From IMG/VR virus record IMGVR_UViG_3300042471_001823: DNA of 64,000 nt; one strand, given 5' to 3'. Below the pieces are notes generated by a model that did no database searches, was not told where the DNA came from, and worked only from the letters and a program-made list of their open reading frames with translations. The stretch's first letter is position 1. Each line of letters starts with the position of its first letter. Positions 1-10,210 of this stretch are shown here, piece by piece. This stretch comes from an uncultured virus (IMG/VR IMGVR_UViG_3300042471_001823) (taxonomy: Duplodnaviria; Heunggongvirae; Uroviricota; Caudoviricetes). A program made the position numbers and the translations under genes.

Positions 1-668
1 GTTTTGTTGATGGAAAACCTGTAGCCAATGATGTTGCTAAGGTTCTGGGGTATGCAGACCCGTCTAAAACCGTTTCGACCAAGGTTGATGCAGAAAACAA
101 AGGTGTTACTCGGATGGTAACACCTGGAGGTTCGCAGTCTGTAATGATCCTAGAAGAGGCTGGCATTTACCAACTCATTTTTGGGTCTAAATTGCCAAGT
201 GCAAAAGCTTTTCAAAAGTGGGTGTTTTCCGATGTTTTGCCAAGCATCCGTAAGACTGGCAGCTATGGAACAGCGCAACCCGAACCCAAAAAAGCGATCG
301 CCCATTATTCTGATCGTTGTGCTGACATCCGCAAAAACTTGGTAAAACCCAAAGGGCATTGGTGTGTCATTGAGAAGTGCAATCATCTTTTGTTGGAAGT
401 CGAAAAGGCTGGTTATCCCATTGACAAGTATGACTTGTTAGATTCGAGCGTAGGGCGGCGGTATGCTCAATACCGTAGAGAGATCGGGTTGGCAGAGGTA
501 ACGCAGTCAGCACACTACAAATTGCCTCACTGTCCCCACCCTGTAGCGATCGCTTGCTATCCTAGTTCTGAACTTGGCATTTTTTCTGATTGGCTTGAGT
601 CAATCTATGAGGAGAAGCACTTGAATAAATATCTGCAAGACAAATACGGAAAATTAGCTAAGATTTAA
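1..668 (+). CDS. Bro-N domain (antirepressor-like) protein, 5' end outside the window
   Basis: Frame is open from nt 3 (FVDGKPVANDVAKVLGY...LEEAGIYQLIF.SKL..AK.FQKWVFSDVLPSIRKTGSY), a Bro-N signature. N-terminal part is close to the paralog at 17514. Hairpin terminator at about 672-712. Confidence 0.88.
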   Translation, partial: FVDGKPVANDVAKVLGYADPSKTVSTKVDAENKGVTRMVTPGGSQSVMILEEAGIYQLIFGSKLPSAKAFQKWVFSDVLPSIRKTGSYGTAQPEPKKAIAHYSDRCADIRKNLVKPKGHWCVIEKCNHLLLEVEKAGYPIDKYDLLDSSVGRRYAQYRREIGLAEVTQSAHYKLPHCPHPVAIACYPSSELGIFSDWLESIYEEKHLNKYLQDKYGKLAKI

Positions 669-724
669 TCCCCACAAAAAAAACGACCTAATAACAAGGT
701 CGTTTTTTTTGTAAAAGTATTTGT

Positions 725-1273
725 TTAACGAGCCTTCAGTACAGGCTTAGGCTTATTGGAGCGAATAACAATTGGTTCATAAGGATAACGAGGACACATC
801 GCCCGAATGATAGGAGCGTTAAGAGTGCGAGCAAACATCTTAACCGTGTCAACAGGAATATCACAATCTTCATTAGCAGCGGTGGAGGCAATCTCTACCA
901 TGATCGTTATTAAAAGCGTTGTAGAGAAATCCCACTTGACAGACCGATTTGCATCATGATCGTGGTTAACTGCCTTGTACTCGCATTTTGGCACAACTGC
1001 CAAATAATGAGACTTGATCCAAGTTTCCGTCCCGCACTCAAACTTGACGAGACTCACGTATCCTAAAGTTTTAGTGATACCACCAAAGGGGTTGTAGTTG
1101 TCAATTCTCGGTGGATTGTATGCGTCCCGAATCTGCTTCAAAACAATTCCTTGATGCCCCTTGAACTTCCGTCCCTCTTTAACTTCAACTTTCCGCCCCG
1201 CACTGGGGTTATTCTTGTCCAATGCCGTCGCGACGGCGCAACGGGCATGAATACTTGAATCTGAAATGTTCAT
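725..1273 (-). CDS. Hypothetical protein with a KOW-like motif
   Basis: ATG at 1273 after GAGGAAAGG and a TTGACA promoter near 1330; GRKVEVKEGRKFKGHQGIV segment. Confidence 0.6.
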   Translation of the reverse strand: MNISDSSIHARCAVATALDKNNPSAGRKVEVKEGRKFKGHQGIVLKQIRDAYNPPRIDNYNPFGGITKTLGYVSLVKFECGTETWIKSHYLAVVPKCEYKAVNHDHDANRSVKWDFSTTLLITIMVEIASTAANEDCDIPVDTVKMFARTLNAPIIRAMCPRYPYEPIVIRSNKPKPVLKAR

Positions 1274-1377
1274 TTGCCTTTCCTCTGTTACCTTCAAGAT
1301 TTAGAATAACAAACACACAAAACTTTGTCAAGTGTTTTTGAAAATTTGTTTTTGAAGTTGCCCCAAATTTTTTGTAG

Positions 1378-1668
1378 CTACTCAAAAACCTCAACAACTT
1401 TCCCGTAAACCTGTTTTGTCCATCCGTTGATACTGCCTTTATTGTTGCCAATTTGACATCCGCGCTGAGGGTCTTTTGCTTTTACAATGTGAGTGTAGAA
1501 ACGCCCTGACACCTCGCAGTAAACAATATCGCCAACTTGAACATCATTCCAATTAACGGGAGCTAAGCGGTGCGGTTGCCCCGACTTAATTAAGGGAACC
1601 ATCGAATTTCCTTTCTCTTTGGTGATAAAGGTTTTACCAGATTCTAGCTTCTCTACTTTCCAGTTCAT
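1378..1668 (-). CDS. S24/S26 peptidase-like small protein
   Basis: GNSMVPLIKSG...VQVGDIVYC...YTHIVK pattern resembles the S24/S26 fold. Confidence 0.6.
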   Translation of the reverse strand: MNWKVEKLESGKTFITKEKGNSMVPLIKSGQPHRLAPVNWNDVQVGDIVYCEVSGRFYTHIVKAKDPQRGCQIGNNKGSINGWTKQVYGKVVEVFE

Positions 1669-1994
1669 GCGTCATTCTCCTGAATAGCTTGTTTCTTCGC
1701 TCTATACTTAGCCTGCCTCAGTCTATTACTCTCAGCATAGGCAACTGGATCGCGTTGTTTTAGCCTCTCAGTCCGTTGTTTTTGGCTGTTGGCATAACCA
1801 GCCGGATCGCGCTCTTTCCATGCCAAGCGGCGCTCTTTTGAGGTCTTAGCGGGTGCTTTAAAGCAATCACCAACCTTTGCGGATGTTTTGCACCCACGAC
1901 GACAGCGGTAAGCATTAGCACCTGACTTTAGGCTGTGGCTAAAAGTCATTGGCTTATGGCATGAGGGGCAGAGAGGGGTGTCGGTTTCTTTCAT
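1665..1994 (-). CDS. Zinc-ribbon protein with a basic tail
   Basis: CPSC...YRCRRGC; paralog at 2776-2919; coupled by overlap to neighbours. Confidence 0.65.
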   Translation of the reverse strand: MKETDTPLCPSCHKPMTFSHSLKSGANAYRCRRGCKTSAKVGDCFKAPAKTSKERRLAWKERDPAGYANSQKQRTERLKQRDPVAYAESNRLRQAKYRAKKQAIQENDA

Positions 1995-2248
1995 TGATAA
2001 TAATTCCGTCCAAATGCGTCTTTACCTTTTGAAGCGGGTTTTGCTACCCGCCATTTTTTTACAGATTTTTCATTGAACCTTTTGGGGCTATTGCCATTCC
2101 ATGAGGCAATAACAAAACTTGATTCTAGATGAACCTCAATGATTTTGACTTGATACAAACAATCAAGTTTTGTTGATGTGTTGCCTGCTTTTTTTCTTTG
2201 CAAATCCCAGACGATTTGCCCTGCTTTTAATCGTGAAATTGTTGCCAT
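1991..2248 (-). CDS. Hypothetical phage protein
   Basis: In the tightly packed minus-strand run with a 4-nt overlap. Confidence 0.6.
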   Translation of the reverse strand: MATISRLKAGQIVWDLQRKKAGNTSTKLDCLYQVKIIEVHLESSFVIASWNGNSPKRFNEKSVKKWRVAKPASKGKDAFGRNYYQ

Positions 2249-2267
2249 GCTTTGTTTTTAGCGTTTA

Positions 2268-2783
2268 CTACTTAATAGCTAACCTTTCCATGTGTGCAAT
2301 ATCTTGGGGTGTACCCGCAAAATTAATCCACTGGAACCATTCAATTTTCTCGTCATCAGTTATGGAAGCATTAGATTCGCACAAGCGATAAGCACAAATA
2401 TAATGCCTTTGGATTTGCTGGTAATATTCTTGTGGCAATTGATCAAAGTGATACCCGCAAAAATCAAAACCACCTTGGATATACTCAATAAACGCGCTTA
2501 AACGCTGTTTCCCGTCAATGACTTGGTACACATCATCTAAGGTCAAAACGACGCTTATAGGGGGAATAGAACGGCGTATGATGACACTCTCAATCAACGC
2601 TTGTTTCTGTGCTAAAGTCCAACACAAATCCCGTTGCAGATTTATTCCCCTTGATGGCAAGTACACATCAAAATCAAACTTTTTGCGTAATACGTCTTTG
2701 CCTTGGACAATGCATAGATTGCCTGATCCAATGTCTTGACGTTCCAAAAATGAACTGCGTAGCGGGGGGAGATGTTTAGCCAT
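2268..2783 (-). CDS. DUF262 (GmrS/ParB-Srx-like) domain protein
   Basis: QRDLCW...LIESVI...IPPI...VIDGKQRL motifs. Confidence 0.85.
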   Translation of the reverse strand: MAKHLPPLRSSFLERQDIGSGNLCIVQGKDVLRKKFDFDVYLPSRGINLQRDLCWTLAQKQALIESVIIRRSIPPISVVLTLDDVYQVIDGKQRLSAFIEYIQGGFDFCGYHFDQLPQEYYQQIQRHYICAYRLCESNASITDDEKIEWFQWINFAGTPQDIAHMERLAIK

Positions 2784-2919
2784 ATTGTTCTACCGATATA
2801 GGTTTACCATTGTCAGTGCGACATTCTCGACGGCATCGGTACACATTAACTCCCGATTTAAGCCTGTGGCTAAAAGGCATTGGCTTGTGACATTGTGGGC
2901 ATAAAGGGCGATTATCCAT
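2776..2919 (-). CDS. Short zinc-ribbon protein, paralog of 1665-1994
   Basis: PLCPQCHKPMPFSHRLKSGVNVYRCRREC versus PLCPSCHKPMTFSHSLKSGANAYRCRRGC. Confidence 0.55.
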   Translation of the reverse strand: MDNRPLCPQCHKPMPFSHRLKSGVNVYRCRRECRTDNGKPISVEQYG

Positions 2920-3094
2920 TGCTGTAATCCTCAATAACAATAAAACCAGATTCAACCAGTGCATTGCAAATCACCAATGCGATCTCTCTTTGCACTTCCT
3001 TGGTTTTTGCGTCGGGAATATTCAAATTGTCGAAAGATTGTTCAAGTTCAGATAAAATGCCACATTCAGCTAGTACTGCTTTTAGGCTGATCAT
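2912..3094 (-). CDS. Hypothetical protein
   Basis: GAGGG Shine-Dalgarno; overlaps the next gene. Confidence 0.5.
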   Translation of the reverse strand: MISLKAVLAECGILSELEQSFDNLNIPDAKTKEVQREIALVICNALVESGFIVIEDYSNG

Positions 3095-3242
3095 GTTTCC
3101 CTCGTTTGCTTATTTATTCACTCATTCCTAACAGTAATTAGCATTACCCGCCCCTAACCGCATGGAGGTTACTGTTACTAGGGGCATGAGGGGTGTTATC
3201 CCCTCCAATCGCACTATCGCTAATATTGTTCTTTCTTGGCGT

Positions 3243-3410
3243 TTATCCCTGACTTTGCTCCTTTGCAAGCAACACTTGCATAAGCTTAATCAGATCAGCT
3301 TTAGCCTTTGCCTCAGATTCGCTGGACACTTCATCCCACTCACTAGCGCACTCTTTAAGCGCTGTAAAGGTGTTCTCAAATTTCACGTAACTCATGTTAA
3401 ATCTGGTCAT
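3243..3410 (-). CDS. Small phage protein (55 aa, MSY.KFENT motif), not in the ORF track
   Basis: Translated by hand: MTRFNMSYVKFENTFTALKECASEWDEV...; AAGGA upstream. Confidence 0.6.
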   Translation of the reverse strand: MTRFNMSYVKFENTFTALKECASEWDEVSSESEAKAKADLIKLMQVLLAKEQSQG

Positions 3411-3479
3411 GGCTTTTCCTTTATGGTGGTGATGTAATTGTGAGGGGCGCTACTCCCTCATTAGCGCGTGTCATAGCAA

Positions 3480-3749
3480 TTAAACCGCTACAACTTCAAG
3501 TTCAGGGTCAAGACAGAAATGGACATCAATCTCTCTGTCCACATGTCCAAAGGTGTTAGACTTTTGCTCAACATGGCAGACACCGCAGGCAGTGACAAGC
3601 CCAACCATTGACTGATCGACTGTGTAAATTTGACTAGGAAGTAAAGTGATTTGACATCCGCCTTGTGCGAAGTGGTCACCGCCGCCGATGGTGAAAGGTT
3701 CTGTAACTTGGAACTTGCCACCGTTTTCTGGGATTTGAGATACTTGCAT
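3480..3749 (-). CDS. Hypothetical protein (MQVSQIPENGG...)
   Basis: GGAG SD before the ATG at 3749; the longer track ORF overlaps a better gene in another frame. Confidence 0.55.
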   Translation of the reverse strand: MQVSQIPENGGKFQVTEPFTIGGGDHFAQGGCQITLLPSQIYTVDQSMVGLVTACGVCHVEQKSNTFGHVDREIDVHFCLDPELEVVAV

Positions 3750-3771
3750 TTGATTTGCTCCGTTGTGTGTA

Positions 3772-3939
3772 TTATGCTTCAAAAAACTTGATGGTATCTT
3801 GCAACGATTCCTTAGCGTCATCCAAGATTTCCTGATACTCTTCAATTTCTTCAGGGGTTTGGTACTTTTGCCCGATCTCATCTGCCTTAGCAAACAACTC
3901 ATCAAGCGATAACCCTTCAAACTCATTCTTGTTAACCAT
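3772..3939 (-). CDS. Small acidic protein (55 aa), not in the ORF track
   Basis: Translated by hand: MVNKNEFEGLSLDELFAKADEIGQKYQTPEEIEEYQEILDDAKESLQDTIKFFEA; TTGACA promoter near 3998. Confidence 0.55.
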   Translation of the reverse strand: MVNKNEFEGLSLDELFAKADEIGQKYQTPEEIEEYQEILDDAKESLQDTIKFFEA

Positions 3940-4046
3940 GACTTTTTCTCTGCGTTCTCAGTACTCTTAAACAATAACAAACGCGCAAAAGTTTGTCAAG
4001 GGTTTTTAGAAAAATATTTTGTATTGATTTTTATTGGTAAAAACTT

Positions 4047-4364
4047 TTAACCAATAAACGACTCAACCTCATCCGATCCAATGGTGTGAGGGCGTGAGGC
4101 AAACCGCTTGACTGTACATCCTCTATCTTCCCATTTCCTAGCAAGTGTTTCTGCTAGTATTTTGATGGCAATGCACTCAATTGGAGGGCAGATCCAGATA
4201 ACCCCATTTGATTGCCTCTCAATGCCCCAAAACGTAGGCAAGTCTTGACAGTCTTTGATGCAGTCAGGGTTTTCAGTGTAGACGATTGCAAAATTGCCAG
4301 ACTGATGGATTTTTATATCTATATCAGGAAGTGGCTCATCGCTAAGAGTAAGACGGTAGTGCAT
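4047..4364 (-). CDS. Hypothetical protein
   Basis: AAGGTTAA SD before MHYRLT; TTGACAAATAAT promoter at 4416-4427. Confidence 0.55.
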   Translation of the reverse strand: MHYRLTLSDEPLPDIDIKIHQSGNFAIVYTENPDCIKDCQDLPTFWGIERQSNGVIWICPPIECIAIKILAETLARKWEDRGCTVKRFASRPHTIGSDEVESFIG

Positions 4365-4488
4365 TTGTTTAACCTTGGTTTGTAGGTTCTGTTCTTTTAT
4401 AGTGATGTGGTTTAGATTATTTGTCAACACTAAAACAATCATCAATGACTTGTGATACAATAATTACTAAACAAACAATGAGGTTAAC

Positions 4489-4846
4489 AATGGGAGAAGC
4501 AAAACGCCGTAAAGCTTTAGCCCCTGAGAGCTATGGCAACAATTTAAGGCTAAGCCTAGGCTATCGAGAAACAAAGATCGGAAACCATGTCCTTTACTGC
4601 AATCATGCAGATTTTGCTGTAGGCATTGCTGTTGATAAAAATGAGTTGATTGCCTATGAGTCCAAACTCAGAGCGCTTGTACAGCGATTTCCATTGGACT
4701 GCTATAACACTGAATCATGGGTAACATGGCTTGTGCATCACATTTCGGAATTACCAGATATTGATTCATGGGTCACCGTCCGAAAACGTGATGGGGAATT
4801 GGTCAAAATGTTGCTAAGTCAGGCTAGAAGTATTGGACTGATTTAG
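4489..4846 (+). CDS. Hypothetical protein with an MGEAKRRK N-terminus (cyanobacterial DUF2839-like start)
   Basis: GAGGTTAACAATG start context; MGEAKRRK. Confidence 0.6.
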
Positions 4847-4860
4847 GGATTAGCAATTAA

Positions 4861-6414
4861 TCACCCCTGCTTATACCCCACCTTATCCGTAAAAGCTTTT
4901 TGCAACTCAGCGCCTAAGTACATGGCATGATAAGGCAAAATTGACGGGAATCTAGATGCCAGCTTTGTTATGGCATCTTTTACACTACTTGCCTCTATTG
5001 TCTCCAATAACAATCCGTCCTGTGGCAACAAGTGATTGATGGTGACTTTACTGTTATCAGTGTCAATCACGAAATTACCCACAGGATCGGTGAAGCTTTG
5101 TCTTTTGTTTAAGCCTTTGTTTAAGCCTTTATTGGAGCCTTTGTTTGAGTCATTATTGGAGCCTTTATTTGAATAATAATACTCATCAACCACTTTATCG
5201 GCATTATCCCAGCAATCATCATAAATGTGGGCACTTTGGCTGATAGTGATTAGCCGTCCACATGGATAATTAATCGCGTTGGCAACATGACGCTGCAAGG
5301 CATGTAAACCAATCACATTGGCACACCACGCCGCAAACATGTCATTGCTCCTAAATGTGGCAGTCATGGTTAGATGCCCCTGAATCACCCTAAACCAGAT
5401 GTGATTTAGACATGGTGGGTTGCCCTGACCATCAACACTACTGTCCCATAGATTTATGACAGCCCTAGCGCTATCAGGATTAGCCGTCAACGTGTGGATA
5501 ACCTGTTTAACTTGGTCTACCCCAAAGTGTGACCGTAACCGCTGTCCGTAGGTGTATTTAACCCCTTCTCTAACAGGTGCATCATCAATGACTTGGCTAA
5601 TGTAGTTGCCTAAAAACTCATCACTTACTGGCAAATAGTCAGGGATAGCGTAGGTGTCATCATTAATGGGGTTAATAGTTGTTGTAGAACTAGCAGTTGC
5701 CACAGGGTTAATAATCGCCATGAGGTCAATCACCTCTTGCCACTGACTGTCATAAGCAGTTTTCCTGATAATGCCTGATGCCCTAATCCGCTGTAAGACC
5801 TTTAGCCATGTTTCAGCCAAGCTATTACCTTCGATGCGATGCCCAAATATTTCGCCACATACTGCCTTGACCTTGTGATCAACTTTTGGGTAAGTCAGAG
5901 ATTGCCTGTTGCTGTGTCGTGATTCTTTAGCAAAGTGTTGCACCAAGGTGATGGCATCATTGACGCTAGAAACGGTCTTAACCGTCAAACTGTGGCGTAA
6001 TAGCTCCAATGCCTCTAAGGGAATTTCACGGTCAATATAACCCTCGATAGGGCTATTGATTCGATGGTTTTCTACTGACGGGCTATTGATTTGATGATCG
6101 CTTGGCAATAACAAAGGGTTGGTATCCGCAATCACCCCATTAGCAAAGAAATCAGCAAGGCATTGGCAACTGCCAGAATTGCGATCCTCTTTTGTGGCAT
6201 TGATGATAACCAAGTGGGTTATATAGTCCATGTGTAGTAAATTTCTTACCACAAAGTCAATTCCCCTTACCGCACTATATAACTGCCCTATCACTGCGTA
6301 TTCATGCTTGCCAAGCTTGTTAACCACAAAATCCTTGACAGTCCATCCCGTGACTATCGCTACGTGTCCATGCCCTGTGATTAATTGGTTTGGGGTGTAT
6401 AACGGCTCTGTCAT
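4861..6414 (-). CDS. thyA: Thymidylate synthase-like protein with N-terminal and C-terminal (DUF4346-like) accessory domains
   Basis: YTYGQRL, PPCL (catalytic Cys), RSNDM, AWCAN and SAHIYD motifs; C-terminal DPVGNFVI...HAMYLGAELQKA. Confidence 0.82.
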   Translation of the reverse strand: MTEPLYTPNQLITGHGHVAIVTGWTVKDFVVNKLGKHEYAVIGQLYSAVRGIDFVVRNLLHMDYITHLVIINATKEDRNSGSCQCLADFFANGVIADTNPLLLPSDHQINSPSVENHRINSPIEGYIDREIPLEALELLRHSLTVKTVSSVNDAITLVQHFAKESRHSNRQSLTYPKVDHKVKAVCGEIFGHRIEGNSLAETWLKVLQRIRASGIIRKTAYDSQWQEVIDLMAIINPVATASSTTTINPINDDTYAIPDYLPVSDEFLGNYISQVIDDAPVREGVKYTYGQRLRSHFGVDQVKQVIHTLTANPDSARAVINLWDSSVDGQGNPPCLNHIWFRVIQGHLTMTATFRSNDMFAAWCANVIGLHALQRHVANAINYPCGRLITISQSAHIYDDCWDNADKVVDEYYYSNKGSNNDSNKGSNKGLNKGLNKRQSFTDPVGNFVIDTDNSKVTINHLLPQDGLLLETIEASSVKDAITKLASRFPSILPYHAMYLGAELQKAFTDKVGYKQG

Positions 6415-6568
6415 AAGGGTTTAAGTTAATCATTATGGTGTATACTAATTATAGCGATTAACGCAACGTTATCACCTTAACTAACTAGCCGATTATTACC
6501 GCCTGATTGCAGAGCAAACATCAGCTTAGCCACAAGACAAACATCACTTCAACCACAGAACAAACATC

Positions 6569-6697
6569 ATGGATAAAGACTTTATCAGAAAAGCCGAAGA
6601 ATTAGAGGCTCAGGCTCACGGTGCTTTTACTAAACCCAAGGAACCCTCTAAGCGAAAACCCGCAACACCTAAAAAATCTAATCCGAAAACCAAATAA
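6569..6697 (+). CDS. Small basic protein (42 aa)
   Basis: Translated by hand: MDKDFIRKAEELEAQAHGAFTKPKEPSKRKPATPKKSNPKTK. Confidence 0.4.
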   Translation: MDKDFIRKAEELEAQAHGAFTKPKEPSKRKPATPKKSNPKTK

Positions 6698-6751
6698 TTT
6701 CACTCTCATACGACAAAGCTAATAGCTTTGTCGTATTTGTTTATATTCTCA

Positions 6752-8352
6752 TTATTTTCATTTTCTTCTCCAAAAATGGGTACTTTTTCGTTAAAAACTA
6801 ATTATCTTAACAATGAATTATCAGTTTATTTTAAGTGAATTTTTCTGGAAAAAGTTAGAGAACTTTTAGCTAAATTCCACATTCTTCCTTGAAATCCCCT
6901 TATACAGATCTTGTTCAAATTTTTTAACTTGGTTTTTTAGTCTGAGGAGTGAGCATTGGTTTTTTGGTCTGAGGAGTGAGCATTGGTTTTTTGGTCTGAG
7001 GAGTGAGCATTGGTTTTTTTTGATTTTGACCAAGGATTGAAATTTAAGGCAAAGCTAAAACCCAAGGATGGCAATCTTAAGTTATATGCAATTAATTGCA
7101 TATTGAGGGTTAAGCCGTCAATAAGGTTTGTGCAACTAATTGCATAAATCCTAGTAATACCCCAATTGCCAGTATGCAATTAGTTGTACAACAATCTTAG
7201 ATAAATTTCACTTTCTTCCTTGAGTTGGTGGTTTAAGGCATCAAAAAACAGGGTGAAAAATATATGACAAGAATTAAAAGTTTTTAGCTAGTTTTCTTGG
7301 AACTTTTAGCTAAATTCCACATTCTTCTTCAGATCTCCCTTATACAGATCTTATTCAAATTTTTTTGACTTGGTTTTTTGGGACTGAGGATCGAACGCGA
7401 CGGAACAAAGAAACTAGGCTTATGCGCTTTGTTAAAGTCATGCACTTTGTTGAATAACTTAGCTTGGAACCAAACCAATGCCCCTGATTTTGATTCGCCT
7501 TGCAAGAGATCGCCCTAAGTTTTAATCACTTGCCTTTAAAATCGCTTCTAACACCTTTGTTTTACCTTTGACCATCTCTTGGTACTTGAAAGTAAATCAA
7601 ACGTCTTTAAGTGCTGGTTTTAAGGCAATAGAGTGTATATCCGTGTTTTTAATCCAAGTGGGTTTGTGGGTTGGTGGCAAAAAACTAACTTACCCTCAAT
7701 TTTTTGATTTTGCCGTCGCCTAGGCTTTGACCAAAAATCGTGGCTTATGCCTCAGTCCCAAAAAAAACCAAGTCAAAAAAAATGAATAAGATCTGTATAA
7801 GGGAGATCTGAGGAAGAATGTGGGATTTAGCTAAAAGTTCTAAGAAAACTAGCTAAAAATCTTTGATTCTTGCCATGTATTTTTCACCCTGTTTTTTGAT
7901 GCCTTAAACCACCAACTCAAGGAAGAAAACGAAATTTATCTAAGAATGTCGTACAATTAATTGCATACCGGCAATTGGGGTATTACCAAGATTTATGCAA
8001 TTAGTTGCATACAACCTCATTGACGACTTAACTCTGAATATGCAATTAATTGCATAAATCCTAAAATCGCCATCCTTGGGTTTTAACTTTGCCTCAAATT
8101 TCAATCCTTGGTCAAAATCAAAAAACCAAGGCTCATGTTTCAGATTAAAAACCAAATCAAAAAACTTGAATAAGATCTGTATAAGGGGAATATGAGGAAG
8201 AATGCGGGATTTAGCTAAAAGTTTTCTAACTTTTTCTGGAAAAATTCACTTAAAATTAGTCGATAATCCATTGTTAAGATAATTAGGTTTTAACGAAAAA
8301 GTACTCGTTTTTAAGGAAGAAAGTGAAAACAACAAGAGTATAAACTTTGAGG
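6752..8352. repeat. Palindromic repeat element copy A (complete): about 600-640 bp inverted arms around a 360 bp core
   Basis: 6752-7389 is the imperfect reverse complement of 7750-8330. Four K boxes (6864, 7304 on +; 7750, 8138 on -), two arrays of three palindromes, central hairpin 7530-7628, and a 26-bp x3 tandem at about 6940-7018. Confidence 0.95.
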
Positions 8353-8690
8353 CAATGTAATGTAATTGGTGGTATCAAGTTTTAAGAGTGTGAAAATGAA
8401 GAGAAAAAAGAAACAGTTAATGATGATGGGTTTGTTAGATCCTAAGATGTGGATTAAGACTGGATTGGCAGAAAGGCTAAGTAAACTTGAGGTGCAAAAC
8501 AAAAAAGACCCTAGGCTAGGGTCTTGATAGTTGGTGATATTTACTCGTCATCGTCTAACCAATTTGACTATCACTTAAGTAATAGTCAGCGGCTGTCAAC
8601 GGGTAGATAATGATTAGGCTTACTCATCATCTAGATAGTACTAGGTTTGTCTATGCTTAGGCTTACTCATTGTCTAGGTAATATTCAGGC

Positions 8691-8927
8691 TTACTCGTCA
8701 TCTAGATAGTACTCAGGAAGTATCGGATTATCAGCAATAATTTTCTTAAGCAACATCCGTAAGTAGTCAGTAGTAGGATAGCCCCTTGCATCGGCTCTTA
8801 AAGTTAGATCGCGGTAGGTTTCCCGTTCGATTCGGATCATCACCCAATCACAGGGTGAAGGTTTTAGTAATGACGGGTTTGAGCCGTATGTCCCTTCTGC
8901 GGGGTGTAGATTTTTCTTTCTTGGCAT
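8691..8927 (-). CDS. Ribbon-helix-helix-like DNA-binding protein
   Basis: WVMIRIERETYRDLTLRADARGYPTTDYLRMLL fits an RHH pattern; start at MPRKK. Confidence 0.5.
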   Translation of the reverse strand: MPRKKNLHPAEGTYGSNPSLLKPSPCDWVMIRIERETYRDLTLRADARGYPTTDYLRMLLKKIIADNPILPEYYLDDE

Positions 8928-8931
8928 TGTG

Positions 8932-9156
8932 TTAATTAATTGAGTTGTACAAGGCAATGGCTTCATCGAGATCGTAGGCAATACCCGATCCGTCCTCAAA
9001 ATCGCATGAACCATCACGAATACGGTCGCAAACAACAAAATGAACATTCTTAGTAACGACATTCACAACGACCCACAGCCTTTTGCCACATGCAGCAGCA
9101 AGTATTTGTGCCATAACAAATCCATTAAGATCTTGCCTAGAGAGTTGGCGAGACAT
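8932..9156 (-). CDS. Hypothetical protein
   Basis: GGAGGTTAA SD; packed operon. Confidence 0.5.
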   Translation of the reverse strand: MSRQLSRQDLNGFVMAQILAAACGKRLWVVVNVVTKNVHFVVCDRIRDGSCDFEDGSGIAYDLDEAIALYNSIN

Positions 9157-9160
9157 TTTA

Positions 9161-9400
9161 TTAGTTAACCTCCTGTCGAATAATTACCGTTAACCTGTCA
9201 ACAGTGACACTGTAGCTTAATACCCCTTTCCCATATTCATTAAACGCAACTTGATTTGACAGCGGGGTTACACTAGAAATATCGGACGGGTTTAACATCA
9301 ATCCGAATTTCTTATTCAGCCAATCAATAAGATGTGGCTTCATTGCATTTACGTCACCTTCACAGCAGGTACTAGGATCAAAATGCCATAATGTTTGCAT
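9161..9400 (-). CDS. Hypothetical protein
   Basis: TTGACA...TATGAT promoter at about 9425-9457 on the minus strand. Confidence 0.5.
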   Translation of the reverse strand: MQTLWHFDPSTCCEGDVNAMKPHLIDWLNKKFGLMLNPSDISSVTPLSNQVAFNEYGKGVLSYSVTVDRLTVIIRQEVN

Positions 9401-9530
9401 GGTCAGTAAAATTTAATAGACATCAATCATACTCCCATAAGCAATGTTTATTGTCAATACAGATAATAGTATTACTTGCCAATACAAATAACCATTGCCA
9501 ACACAAACAATCATTACACAGCGCAAACCA

Positions 9531-10124
9531 ATGGCAACAATCAACGAGCGATTACGGCGGGTAGGGGATAGAACAGCATCAATCCGGCGACGCATGGGCA
9601 ATTTAGAGGCTAGGGTTTATGTCAGGTTGCTAGGCAGTGACCAATGGCAAGAAATTCCAAGTTGGAATATCGATAATAGCGGTGCTGATAGTGGTGGTGC
9701 TGACAGTCAGGGATTTATTGGCGAAAAGTTTGAGTACACCTATACAGTCAAAATCAATCGTGATTGGCTAGAAAACAATCGCAATTATGTCAGACGTGCT
9801 GTGTACGGATTGATGCTTAGACCAGTGATTTGCACCGTTCCACAGGCTAATGTGATTAGGGGTAAGCATCACTTTGTTATAGGCAGTCAGGTAGTGGCGA
9901 TGAAAGGCAACTACGGTTTACCCACAGGGTTAACACATGGCGGTATGTACAATGTAGGTAGTGTTGGTAATGATTGGTTTAGTTTAACCGTGCCCTGTAG
10001 TCAGTACAGCTATCCGTTTATTGTGGGATTGCTCACCCCAGTAACATTGATTGATGTCGTGACTCAGGATCGAGATAAACACGCCGATCTGAAAATTAAA
10101 GAGATCAATATTCTTAGCTCTTAA
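9531..10124 (+). CDS. Hypothetical, possibly virion (neck/tail) protein
   Basis: ORF upstream of the tape measure gene; start at MATINERL. Confidence 0.55.
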   Translation: MATINERLRRVGDRTASIRRRMGNLEARVYVRLLGSDQWQEIPSWNIDNSGADSGGADSQGFIGEKFEYTYTVKINRDWLENNRNYVRRAVYGLMLRPVICTVPQANVIRGKHHFVIGSQVVAMKGNYGLPTGLTHGGMYNVGSVGNDWFSLTVPCSQYSYPFIVGLLTPVTLIDVVTQDRDKHADLKIKEINILSS

Positions 10125-10210
10125 AGCTGTTGTTTTTGTTCTTAAAGACCACTGTTTTAGTTCCTAAGAATTTGACTTGCCCCTCAAACCCTTATTTTCG
10201 GAATCTGATT

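Noticed and set aside
6937..8155. Track ORFs 6937-7179, 7940-8155 and 40138-40320 inside the repeat elements
   Set aside because: Frames are not preserved between homologous arms and copies, and the peptide repeats merely reflect DNA repeats.
6752..8352. Element as an IS or autonomous transposon
   Set aside because: No transposase inside or nearby and no target-site duplication that I could identify. A non-autonomous origin is not fully excluded.
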